From contig NZ_CP147012.1 of assembly GCF_037126285.1 (NCBI RefSeq), forward strand, positions 3,116,676 through 3,180,675: a stretch of 64,000 nucleotides of DNA, given 5' to 3'. Every line of letters begins with the position of its first letter. Within the stretch, counting starts at the first letter, position 1. Shown here piece by piece: positions 18,927 through 28,551 of this stretch. A program made the position numbers and the translations under genes. The notes below the pieces were generated by a model. The model ran no database searches. It was not told the origin of the DNA and worked only from the letters and a program-made list of their open reading frames with translations. The DNA comes from Bernardetia sp. MNP-M8 (GTDB taxonomy: Bacteria > Bacteroidota > Bacteroidia > Cytophagales > Bernardetiaceae).

Positions 18927-21224
18927 TTATTTAAAATGAGGATATATATTTTTGTCAAAAATTTCTTGAATCTGTTCTCTTTCCTTTCTAAATAAAAGCC
19001 CTCCCATAAATTTTCCCAAAAGAGAATCATCTATCAAATGTTGATAATCTGATTTGACAGGAATATTATAGTATGAGTTTGTAGTTTTTGCTTCTGATAA
19101 CCATGCTGAATGCAAAGTAGTGTTTGCAATCCATTTTGGATGAGTTAGTTTACAAATAGCACCTTTTTTAAGATTTTGAGCATCAAAAATCCATAATTGA
19201 GTTTGGTACTCTATGCTTTTGGTCGATTTATTTAATTTTTCTACAGTAACTACACAAGTCATATAGCCTTCATTATCATCTTTATTGGTAGGGTTTTTCT
19301 TAGGCACAAACTGCATTGCTCTGTATGATATTCCTTTTTCAAATTGATAATAATCTTCAAATTTCATAGTTTCGGTATTCATCCTGCTGATAACAAATGG
19401 AATCCCTTGTTGAGTGTATTTTTTCATATCTTCTACAGATATTTTGCGATTTGGATACTCTTTATACAAATTAAAAATAAAACGTGTGAGAAAATCTTTG
19501 TCTAAACCAAATGACTGCCAATAAATATTCTTGATTTTTGGAACTATCTTACTGGCATCTACCATATTTGGATAAGTAAAAAGTGCAATACCCCAAGTAT
19601 GCGCTCCTATATCCTTTTTAGGTAAGTCTTGACTATTATTGTCATCTTTAGTATCAATATTTCCTTTTTCTGTAATAATAGTCTGTTCGATTATATTTCC
19701 AGTCTTAGCATCAATCAAATATTTTCCTATTCTGCTAATATCTAAAATGCCTGTTGGTGGAATTCCTGTTATATTTTCTTTTACAGGTTCATTTGTAAAC
19801 TCATTTACATCAAATAATCGTATCCATTCAGCCAAACAAGCTGTTGCATTATGAGCTGCATGTAGCGTAATTTGGTCATCAGGGTTTTCATAATCTGCTG
19901 TCAAATGTATAGTTTCGAAAGGCAAAGAAACGGGCAATTTTTTTACTACAATAGATTTCAATTCATCTTTCATATCTGCTCTATTTACAATATATGTATC
20001 TGTTGTAGCAAGCATTGGAGCTGTCAATATTTTGCGAAAAAAATTATCTATTTTAGAATTATGAGGAAAAGGATTATTAAACATAATATCTAATGTGAGT
20101 TTAAAACCAGCATCAACCAAAATAATATAATCTCTTGTCACAGCAATTTGATGCATGCATTGTTGAATGCGTAATGGCTTTTTTGTTGTATTATCTATCA
20201 AATTCCATTTCTTCCATTTTCCTGTTCCTTTCCAATTCATCAAAAATACAGCATCTTCTACAGTAGTTTCTTCTTTTATATGTTTTTCTAAGGCTTCTTC
20301 TAGTGTTTTAAGTAGATTTTTCCACCATTTAGATTTTATATGTACATGATTTTCTATGCAATCAAAAAAGTCATTTGTTTTTTCTACGAGATAATGTTTG
20401 TGTGTCAGTTCAGAGGTAGCAAGTCCTTGTCTAGCCGATTCTGCCTCTAGTTTGTCAATATATTCCTCAAATTTCTTTTCTACTTCATCAGGGCGATTTT
20501 TCAAAAGTTCAATTAATTTTATCTGACTTGCCATCGTCTTCATAGACTTTGTAAAATTAACTGAAATCAATTCTTGTGTTACAGGATCAAAAAATGGATG
20601 TGCTGTACTTTGAACTACACCAAAAGGATATACCAAGAAAGGAGGTGTAGAGGTAGCCCATTCTGAATTAGCACCAATAGGAGTTTTTATTTTTAGTGTT
20701 TCAGCATCAAACTCATAGGGTCTTCCTGCATCATAATTAGCTAAAATTCGTGGAGAAGTATCATTTTTAAATTGAAAAGGAGTTACAGCTGTACACAGTT
20801 CGTTTCTAACTCCCATTGTAAAGGACATACGAGTAAGTCCTAAATTACGAAAACCATAAATATTGAAAAGAGGATTTTTTTTATTCTCTTTTTCTAAATA
20901 ATAACGAGTAGCTTCATCAGCATAATAACAAGGCGTTTTGAGTAAGCGAGATGTTAAATTTATACTACTAATTTCGTTTTGAGTTGCACTAAAGTCTAAT
21001 TTATAAATCATTGAATCACCTCCTAGAAGTGGACTTCCTAGTTCTCTGTTGTATGTTCCATCAGGACGAGTTGTTGGAAAAGGAATGCCATCAGAGTTTA
21101 TAGTTCCAACTGAAGAATTGATATAAACAACTCCATCCATATCTTTAGGAAGTTCTCCTTCAATAATTTTTAATTCTATATCTAGTTCTTCTCTGCTTGC
21201 TGCTGTGAAAAATGATGAGTTCAT
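18927..21224 (-). CDS. carotenoid-cleavage-oxygenase (RPE65/CCO) family protein, unusually long
   Basis: The N-terminus resembles the CCO entry motifs (IEGELPKDMDGVVYIN… and GGDSMIYKLDF…), with several conserved His downstream. It is about 250 aa longer than typical CCOs. Confidence 0.45.
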   Translation of the reverse strand: MNSSFFTAASREELDIELKIIEGELPKDMDGVVYINSSVGTINSDGIPFPTTRPDGTYNRELGSPLLGGDSMIYKLDFSATQNEISSINLTSRLLKTPCYYADEATRYYLEKENKKNPLFNIYGFRNLGLTRMSFTMGVRNELCTAVTPFQFKNDTSPRILANYDAGRPYEFDAETLKIKTPIGANSEWATSTPPFLVYPFGVVQSTAHPFFDPVTQELISVNFTKSMKTMASQIKLIELLKNRPDEVEKKFEEYIDKLEAESARQGLATSELTHKHYLVEKTNDFFDCIENHVHIKSKWWKNLLKTLEEALEKHIKEETTVEDAVFLMNWKGTGKWKKWNLIDNTTKKPLRIQQCMHQIAVTRDYIILVDAGFKLTLDIMFNNPFPHNSKIDNFFRKILTAPMLATTDTYIVNRADMKDELKSIVVKKLPVSLPFETIHLTADYENPDDQITLHAAHNATACLAEWIRLFDVNEFTNEPVKENITGIPPTGILDISRIGKYLIDAKTGNIIEQTIITEKGNIDTKDDNNSQDLPKKDIGAHTWGIALFTYPNMVDASKIVPKIKNIYWQSFGLDKDFLTRFIFNLYKEYPNRKISVEDMKKYTQQGIPFVISRMNTETMKFEDYYQFEKGISYRAMQFVPKKNPTNKDDNEGYMTCVVTVEKLNKSTKSIEYQTQLWIFDAQNLKKGAICKLTHPKWIANTTLHSAWLSEAKTTNSYYNIPVKSDYQHLIDDSLLGKFMGGLLFRKEREQIQEIFDKNIYPHFK

Positions 21225-21464
21225 GTAATAGTAAAGTGAGATTTTGATGTAAATTTCTTATTACTAGCAAAATACAAATTTTCATTTATTAAAAAAATCT
21301 AATTTTCATAAAAAAATATTTCTTCCAAAAAAGTTTAACAGGACATTAGAATGTTTTTTTAGCAACAAATTTTAGTAAGGATATTGTTTGAGTAAAATGC
21401 TTTTCTAAAAACTTTTGAGTAATTTTAGGCTGAATCAACTAAACAAACATAAACAAGTAAAAAT

Positions 21465-22715
21465 ATGCTTACAGAAACACAAAACGTATCAGCAGGTCAG
21501 CAAAAATTCATAGACTTAGAAGATAATTATGGAGCGCACAATTACCATCCACTTCCAGTAGTGTTAGAAAAAGGTGAAGGTGTTCATGTTTGGGATACAG
21601 ATGGGAAAAAATATTACGATTTTCTTTCAGCATATAGTGCTGTAAATCAAGGACATTGTCATCCCCATATCATAAAAGCTCTTACTACACAAGCTCAAAA
21701 ATTGACACTTACTTCTCGTGCATTTTACAATAATGTATTGGGAAATTATGAAAAATTTATGACAGAGTTTTTCGGTTATGATAGAGTTTTGCCAATGAAT
21801 ACAGGAGTAGAAGGAGGAGAAACAGCAATCAAGCTTTGTCGTAAATGGGCATATAAAGTAAAAGGAATAGAAGAAAATAAAGCAAAGATACTTTTTGCAG
21901 AAAATAACTTTTGGGGAAGAACACTTGCAGCCGTTTCTTCTTCGACAGACCCAAGTGCGTATAGCGATTATGGTCCTTATTTACCAGGTTTTGAAATCGT
22001 AAAATATAATGATTTGTCTGCTTTGGAAAAAGCATTGGAAGATCCAAATGTGGCTGGTTTTATGGTTGAGCCAATCCAAGGAGAAGCTGGTGTAGTTGTT
22101 CCTGATGAAGGATATTTGAAAAAGGCTTATGAATTATGTAAATCTAAAAACGTTCTTTTTATTGCAGATGAAGTGCAGACAGGAATTGCACGTACTGGAA
22201 AGTTAGTATGTTGTGACCATGAAGGTTTTCAACCTGATATTTTGATTTTGGGTAAAGCTCTTTCGGGTGGTGTTTTTCCTGTTTCGGCAGTTCTTTCTAG
22301 TCACGAAATTATGCTTACCATCAAACCAGGTGAACACGGTTCTACTTTTGGTGGAAATCCATTGGCTTGTGAAGTAGCAATGGCAGCTTTGGAAGTTGTA
22401 AAAAATGAAAATCTTTCAGAGCGAGCAGAAGAATTGGGTAAAGTTTTCCGTCAGAAAATGAGTGAATTGGCTGACAAATCAGACCTAGTAAATTTAGTTC
22501 GTGGAAAAGGTCTTTTGAATGCAGTAGTAATAAATGATTCGCCAGATAGCTCAACGGCTTGGGATTTGTGTGTTGCTTTGAAAGAAAATGGATTGCTTGC
22601 CAAACCTACACACGGAAATATTATTCGTTTTGCTCCACCACTCGTAATGACAGAAGAGCAATTACTAGAATGTTGTCAGATTATTGAAGATACAGTTTTG
22701 AATTTTAAGAAATAA
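21465..22715 (+). CDS. rocD: ornithine--oxo-acid aminotransferase
   Basis: Class III aminotransferase with the typical OAT N-terminus ([11 protein letters not shown]…[26 protein letters not shown]) and PLP-lysine region. Confidence 0.88.
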   Translation: MLTETQNVSAGQQKFIDLEDNYGAHNYHPLPVVLEKGEGVHVWDTDGKKYYDFLSAYSAVNQGHCHPHIIKALTTQAQKLTLTSRAFYNNVLGNYEKFMTEFFGYDRVLPMNTGVEGGETAIKLCRKWAYKVKGIEENKAKILFAENNFWGRTLAAVSSSTDPSAYSDYGPYLPGFEIVKYNDLSALEKALEDPNVAGFMVEPIQGEAGVVVPDEGYLKKAYELCKSKNVLFIADEVQTGIARTGKLVCCDHEGFQPDILILGKALSGGVFPVSAVLSSHEIMLTIKPGEHGSTFGGNPLACEVAMAALEVVKNENLSERAEELGKVFRQKMSELADKSDLVNLVRGKGLLNAVVINDSPDSSTAWDLCVALKENGLLAKPTHGNIIRFAPPLVMTEEQLLECCQIIEDTVLNFKK

Positions 22716-22740
22716 TTTTTCCAAAATAGTAATTTAATAA

Positions 22741-22778
22741 AAAACGAATTTCATTTTTTTGAAATTCGTTTTTTTATG
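22741..22778. terminator. hairpin terminator AAAACGAATTTC-N8-GAAATTCGTTTT + T-run between convergent genes
   Basis: 12-bp perfect stem read directly from the sequence. Confidence 0.6.
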
Positions 22779-22782
22779 AATC

Positions 22783-25482
22783 TTAAACTGTAATTCCAAT
22801 GATACAAATGTCATCAATTTGTTTTTGTTCTGTTCCAATCCAATCCATCAAAGTCATCTTTAAAGCTCTACGTTGGTGTAACATAGATGAAGTAGAAGTT
22901 TCATAGAGAAGGCTACGGAAGCGTTTTGACATAAATTTACGTCCTTCTTCTCCTCCAAATTGGTCTTGGTAGCCATCAGAGTACAAATAGAATGTTTCTA
23001 CTTCTTCTAAATCAATAACATGATTGGTATATTTTTTATCTTGTACCTTTTTATTTCTTCCTCCTATCGAAACAGCATCTCCTTTAATAACGGTCATATT
23101 TTTTTCTTCTCCTCCTCGTTGTCTTTTCTTGTGCATATAAACGAGAGGATTTTTTGCACCTGCAAACTCTAAAATTTTTCTCTCACTATCTATAACAGCA
23201 ATAGAAATATCCATTCCATCTTTATTTCCTGTTGTTTTTTGCTTTAAAATATCTATGATTTCTCGTTGTAATGTATCTAAAATCTCACTTGGTTTAGTTA
23301 TTTTATGGTGTTTTACAATTTCATTGAGAAGTGTAATTCCTAATAAAGACATAAATGCACCTGGAACGCCATGTCCTGTACAGTCAGCTACAATAATAAC
23401 CTTTCGATTATCTACTTCTGCATACCAAAAGAAATCTCCTGAGACAATATCTTTTGGAGTAAAAAAGACAAACGAATCTTTAAAAATAGATTTCATTTCT
23501 CTAGTACTCCCTAATAGTGCAAACTGAATTCGCTGTGCATAATTTACACTGGATACAAAATTATCATTTTGTTGTTTTATCAGTCTTGATTTTTGTTCAA
23601 TATTAAGCCTAAAGATTTCAGATTTAGTAATGTCTTGTAATGTACCTCGTTTTCCTATCAAGATGTCATTTTCATCAAATGAAGGATAGGCTTTTTCTTT
23701 TATGTAAAGTGTCGCTCTTTTAGGTACATGTATTCTATATACTTCGCTAAACTTTTCTTTATTTTCTATAGCTTCTTCCCATTTTTTTACGACTCTTTTT
23801 AAATCTTTGGGTTCTATCCAACTTCTAAACTCTTCCAAGGAATTAGGGAAATCTTTTTTATCAATTTGAAAAATTCCTTCAAAACTTGCTGACCATTCTA
23901 TTTCCTCAGATTCAATATTCATATCATAACTCACTATTTTTGCTAAAAGTTGAGATTCTTCTAATCGTTCTTTGTTCTTTTCTACATTATCAAAAAGAAT
24001 TTTTACTTTTTCATTTTGTACAATTTCTTGTGTAACATCTTGAGCTGTTCCTATCAGTAAATAAGGTTCGCCTTCATTATTGTAGTTAATCAAAGAAAAA
24101 GCACGGTAATGCTTCCAATCTTCTTTTTCAGATAAATGAGTTGGTCTTGCTCTATAATGCGTCAAGAGTTCTTTTTGATTTCTTGTTGCAGCTTCTGCAA
24201 GAGCTAGTTGATTAATCTTGTAATCTTCAGGATGGACAATTTCTCTGAAAGTAGCTGAATTAAATTTCTGACCTTTTTCTAATCTATAAATAGATGGCAA
24301 ATTATCTGAATGAGTGATGAGTTCTGTTTCTAAATCCCAGACAAAACTGCCCATTTTTGCCATTTTTTCAGCACGATTGAGCAAATCTTGTTTTTGTTCG
24401 ATTTCGTCTTGAGCAGATAATAAATTATCGTTAATCGAACGCAATTCCTCTGCATTCATTCTTAACTCTTCTTGTGATGCTTCTAATCTTTCATTTTTCA
24501 ATATTGATTTTGCATTGGCTTCTTCTACATCAAAAAATGCTTGTTTTACTCTTTCTATCATTGGTTTTAAACCAAATACTGATAAAGCGATTACAAAAAT
24601 CATGATAACTACCACAACTACAAACTGTACAATTTTCAAATTTGTAACCTTATCTTTTGCCTCTTGCTCATAATTATTAATAATAGATTGCATACGGGAA
24701 GAAAATTCTTCTTGATTTTTTTCTAATGTTCTTACTGTTTTGGCTTCGTGATTCTGAAGGCTTAAAGAATCTACATTTTCGATAGCAAAAGTAGGATTTA
24801 AAAGCTCATCAATTCCTATAACTATATTTTCATAACTACTTGCCAAAGTATCAAAGGCATCACGAACAGATTGAGAGTTTTGATGTTCTTTACTGATTCC
24901 TAATGTAAATGACTTTTGAGTGAGGTTTTCGTGTCCTTCTTTGAAATTTTTTAAGGCAATAAGTAAAGAATCTATGTGTCTTATTCTTTCCTTTTCTAGT
25001 GTAACAGGTATTCTACTAGAATGATAAAGAATTTTCTGACTCAGTGTAGACTGATTGCTTCCAATTTTAATTAGATGTATATCATCTTGTTCTTTATAAG
25101 AAAAATCTTGAAGCAACAAAAAACCTGCAACTAATATCAATCCAATCAGTATAGGAAAGAAGGTGTTTGCAAGGCGCATTCGCTGTATAATTGCCTTATT
25201 TTTTGCATTATATTTTTCAATGTTACTATGACGTAAATCACTATTTTCTTTTAGTCTATCTATATAAAAACCAATTGTCCCAAAAGCACCTCCCAAAACA
25301 AAAGGAGCAGAATCAATTACAAAATGGATAGGATTAATACGGTGAATCTGAACAACTGTTTCTAAACTTAATGACATTTCATGAAAAAATAATCCATCAA
25401 GAATCCAAGAAAAGAAAGGAAAAAGAAGTCCAAATAAAAATCCTCCTAAAGTATAGCGTTGTGTGTTTGAAATAGGAGTCAT
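22783..25482 (-). CDS. membrane sensor PP2C-type serine phosphatase (SpoIIE/RsbU-like) with PAS-like domains
   Basis: N-terminal TM helices and a periplasmic loop, then a coiled coil and PAS-like repeats. C-terminal PP2C motifs GDFFWY…ADCTGHGVPGAFMS…DGMDISIAV. Confidence 0.75.
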   Translation of the reverse strand: MTPISNTQRYTLGGFLFGLLFPFFSWILDGLFFHEMSLSLETVVQIHRINPIHFVIDSAPFVLGGAFGTIGFYIDRLKENSDLRHSNIEKYNAKNKAIIQRMRLANTFFPILIGLILVAGFLLLQDFSYKEQDDIHLIKIGSNQSTLSQKILYHSSRIPVTLEKERIRHIDSLLIALKNFKEGHENLTQKSFTLGISKEHQNSQSVRDAFDTLASSYENIVIGIDELLNPTFAIENVDSLSLQNHEAKTVRTLEKNQEEFSSRMQSIINNYEQEAKDKVTNLKIVQFVVVVVIMIFVIALSVFGLKPMIERVKQAFFDVEEANAKSILKNERLEASQEELRMNAEELRSINDNLLSAQDEIEQKQDLLNRAEKMAKMGSFVWDLETELITHSDNLPSIYRLEKGQKFNSATFREIVHPEDYKINQLALAEAATRNQKELLTHYRARPTHLSEKEDWKHYRAFSLINYNNEGEPYLLIGTAQDVTQEIVQNEKVKILFDNVEKNKERLEESQLLAKIVSYDMNIESEEIEWSASFEGIFQIDKKDFPNSLEEFRSWIEPKDLKRVVKKWEEAIENKEKFSEVYRIHVPKRATLYIKEKAYPSFDENDILIGKRGTLQDITKSEIFRLNIEQKSRLIKQQNDNFVSSVNYAQRIQFALLGSTREMKSIFKDSFVFFTPKDIVSGDFFWYAEVDNRKVIIVADCTGHGVPGAFMSLLGITLLNEIVKHHKITKPSEILDTLQREIIDILKQKTTGNKDGMDISIAVIDSERKILEFAGAKNPLVYMHKKRQRGGEEKNMTVIKGDAVSIGGRNKKVQDKKYTNHVIDLEEVETFYLYSDGYQDQFGGEEGRKFMSKRFRSLLYETSTSSMLHQRRALKMTLMDWIGTEQKQIDDICIIGITV

Positions 25483-25682
25483 ATAAAGATTAAAAAATGA
25501 AACACTTAGAGCATTACTAACCCGTAAAAGAGAGTTATGTTTTGAACTACAAATCTAATTAATTTTTATGAATTTTTATTACTTGAGACATATTTGTTTT
25601 ACGAAATTCATTTTTTTTAATAAATAGCTGTTTAACTATAGAGTTGAGTTTCCAGAACTACTAGTTAAAATCAGTTTTAGTG

Positions 25683-28301
25683 TTAAATTTTAATTCCGAT
25701 TATACAAATATCATCAATTTGCTTTTGATGTCTTCCTATCCAATCTCTCAAGTTATTTTTTAATGCTCTACGTTGTTGAGACATAGAAGAGTTATAGGTA
25801 TCATAAAGAAGACTTCTAAATTGTTTGGACATAAATTTTCGTCCGTTCTCTCCCCCAAATTGATCTTGATAACCATCAGAATACAAATAAAATGCTTCTA
25901 CTTCATTTAAATCAATGATATGATTGGTATATGTATTTGATTCTACTTTTTTACTTCTTCCTCCTATAGACACTGGATCTGCTTTGATAACCGTCATATT
26001 AGATTTTTCGTCTCCTTCTTTTCGTTCTTTGTGTATATAAACAAGAGGATTTTTTGCTCCAGCAAATTCTAATGTCCCTTTTTCCTTATCAACAACAGCA
26101 ACAGAGACATCCATTCCATCTCTATTCTTAGTTGTTTTTTGTTTTAATATATCTGTAATCTGTATTTGTAATCCTTCTAAAATAAGACTTGGAGTAGTTA
26201 TTTTACGATATTCGACAATTTCATTCAAAACCATTGTTCCTAATAAAGACATAAAAGCACCTGGTACGCCATGCCCTGTACAGTCAGCTACTACAACAAT
26301 TTTACGATTATCTACTTCTGCATACCAATAAAAATCTCCTGAAACGATGTCTTTTGGTACAAAAAAGATGAAAGAATCTTTGAAGATATTCTGTATTTCG
26401 TTCGTTCCTCCAAGTAAAGCAGACTGAATACGTTGAGCATAATTAACACTTGATACAAAGTTGTCATGCTGATTTTTTATTTGCTTTGATTTCTGTTCAA
26501 TATTAATTCTAGCTATTTCAGACTTAGTAACATCTTGTAGTGTTCCACGTTGCCCTATCAAATTTCCCTCTTTATCAAAAGAAGGATACCCTTTTTCTTT
26601 TATGTAAAGTACATGGTTGGAAGGAGTATTTATTTTATATATTTCATTAAATTTATTTTTTGATTCTACCACTTCTGCCCATTTATTAGTTACTCTCACC
26701 AAGTCTTGAGGGTCTATCCATTTTCTAAAATCAGCTAGAGAACTAGGAGTGTCTTGTTTGTCTATATAAAAAATATTTGCAAAACTATCTGACCAATTTA
26801 TACTTTTGGATAGTATATCTATATCATAGCTTGCTATTTTAGCGAGTTGTTGTGCTTCTTCCAAATGCTCTTTATTTTTTTCAGCATTCTCAAAAAGGGA
26901 TTTTACTCTCTGATTTTGCTTTATTTCTTCAGTAATGTCTTGAACTGTACCGACAACTTGATGAGCTTCATCCTTATCATCATAGTTAATCATAATAAAA
27001 GCACGATAATGTTTCCACTCTACCATATCAGCAAGATAGGCAGGTCTTGCTCTATATTCTGTAAAAAACTCTTTTGTGTGTGTAGATATAGCTTCAGAAA
27101 GTTGATTTTGACTGACCTCAAAATCATCAGGAGCTACATTTTCTTTAAAGACATTAGGAGTAATTACATTTCCTTCTTCTAATCTATATATATAAGGTAA
27201 ATTATCTGAGTGTTGGATTGTTTTTTCCTTCAAATCCCAAATAAAACTACCCATTTTTGCCATTTTTTCGGCTTGGGAAAGTAAATTTTGTTTTTGTTCT
27301 ATTTGCTCTTGGGTGGCTAATAAGTTTTCATTTTTCTCTAAAAATTTAGCATTAGCTTCTTCAACATCAAAGAAGGCTTGTTTTACTCTATCTACGGTTG
27401 GCTTGAGTACAAAAACAGCTAAACTAGATATAAATAAAATAATCACTACTACTAAGGCAAACTGTATGGTTTTAAAATTTTCGTTTTTATTATCTACTCT
27501 TTTTTCATAGTTAGTAATAATAGATTTCATAAGAATGGAAAACTCCTCTTGATTTTTTTCTACTTGCTTTATTGTTTTTGTAGTATTATTTGTAAGGTTT
27601 AAAGAATCAAGGTTTTTGATTGGAAACGGAATCAAAAGTTTATTGCCATTCGTAATTACATTTTGATAGCTTCTTTTTAAGGAATCAAATAAATTTTGAT
27701 TTTTTTGATTTGCTCCTACTAGTTCAAATTGTTGTATGAAATTTTGGTGTCCTTCTTTCAAATTTTTTATTGCAAGACGTAGCGAATTGGTATGTTTTGT
27801 TTTTTCATCAGCTTCTGTAATGGGAATTTTAATAGCATTATAGAGTATGTTTTGACTAATTATACGCTGATTATTTCCAATTTTAATTAAATAGAGGGCA
27901 TTTTGCTCTTTACTTGAAAAGTTTTGTAATAGCAAAAAGGATGTTATCAGCATTGTAGAAATTAGGATAGGAAAAATGCTATTTGCAATTCGCATTCTTC
28001 TTATAATAGCTTTGTTATCTTTATTGTATTTATCAATATTGGTATGATGCAACAAACTATTTTCTTTCAATCTATCAATATAAAAACCAATTGTACCAAA
28101 GGAACTTGCTAAAATCAAAGGAACAGAATCTATGACAAAATGTATAGGATTATTTATATGAAGACGAACCACCATATTCCAACCTAAAGTCATTCCATTA
28201 AAAAATAACCCATCTAAAATCCAAGAAAAAAAAGGAAAAAGAAGTCCAAATAAAAAACCTCCAAGTATATAACCCTTTGTGTTTGAGATGCTATTCTTCA
28301 A
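25683..28301 (-). CDS. membrane sensor PP2C-type serine phosphatase, paralog of 22783..25482
   Basis: Same architecture as its neighbour. Near-identical N-terminal TM segment (GGFLFGLLFPFFSWILDGLFF) and PP2C C-terminus. The periplasmic and linker region is divergent. Confidence 0.75.
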   Translation of the reverse strand: MKNSISNTKGYILGGFLFGLLFPFFSWILDGLFFNGMTLGWNMVVRLHINNPIHFVIDSVPLILASSFGTIGFYIDRLKENSLLHHTNIDKYNKDNKAIIRRMRIANSIFPILISTMLITSFLLLQNFSSKEQNALYLIKIGNNQRIISQNILYNAIKIPITEADEKTKHTNSLRLAIKNLKEGHQNFIQQFELVGANQKNQNLFDSLKRSYQNVITNGNKLLIPFPIKNLDSLNLTNNTTKTIKQVEKNQEEFSILMKSIITNYEKRVDNKNENFKTIQFALVVVIILFISSLAVFVLKPTVDRVKQAFFDVEEANAKFLEKNENLLATQEQIEQKQNLLSQAEKMAKMGSFIWDLKEKTIQHSDNLPYIYRLEEGNVITPNVFKENVAPDDFEVSQNQLSEAISTHTKEFFTEYRARPAYLADMVEWKHYRAFIMINYDDKDEAHQVVGTVQDITEEIKQNQRVKSLFENAEKNKEHLEEAQQLAKIASYDIDILSKSINWSDSFANIFYIDKQDTPSSLADFRKWIDPQDLVRVTNKWAEVVESKNKFNEIYKINTPSNHVLYIKEKGYPSFDKEGNLIGQRGTLQDVTKSEIARINIEQKSKQIKNQHDNFVSSVNYAQRIQSALLGGTNEIQNIFKDSFIFFVPKDIVSGDFYWYAEVDNRKIVVVADCTGHGVPGAFMSLLGTMVLNEIVEYRKITTPSLILEGLQIQITDILKQKTTKNRDGMDVSVAVVDKEKGTLEFAGAKNPLVYIHKERKEGDEKSNMTVIKADPVSIGGRSKKVESNTYTNHIIDLNEVEAFYLYSDGYQDQFGGENGRKFMSKQFRSLLYDTYNSSMSQQRRALKNNLRDWIGRHQKQIDDICIIGIKI

Positions 28302-28551
28302 TTCATATAAAAGTTTAACAATGAAATACTTTGGCTACTACTAGATTCACAATAATATTGCTAATTCATAAATATAGCTACTTTTCATGAAATTTCATAT
28401 TTAGAAAATGAAATTAAGTCATTTGAAATTATTTCTTCGACAAATCAGTCTGATTAAGATGTATTCAAATATAATTTTTGTGATTCAATTTAAACAATGC
28501 AAAAAGATTTGTACTTTTGCACCGTTAAATTTTTACACAAAATTAAAGAAA

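Noticed and set aside
28408-28551. Upstream extension of the PPIase ORF starting at 28408
   Set aside because: The internal Met at 28552 is followed by a canonical signal peptide plus lipobox (LFFIACSP). The 48 upstream codons are AT-rich and lack a signal.
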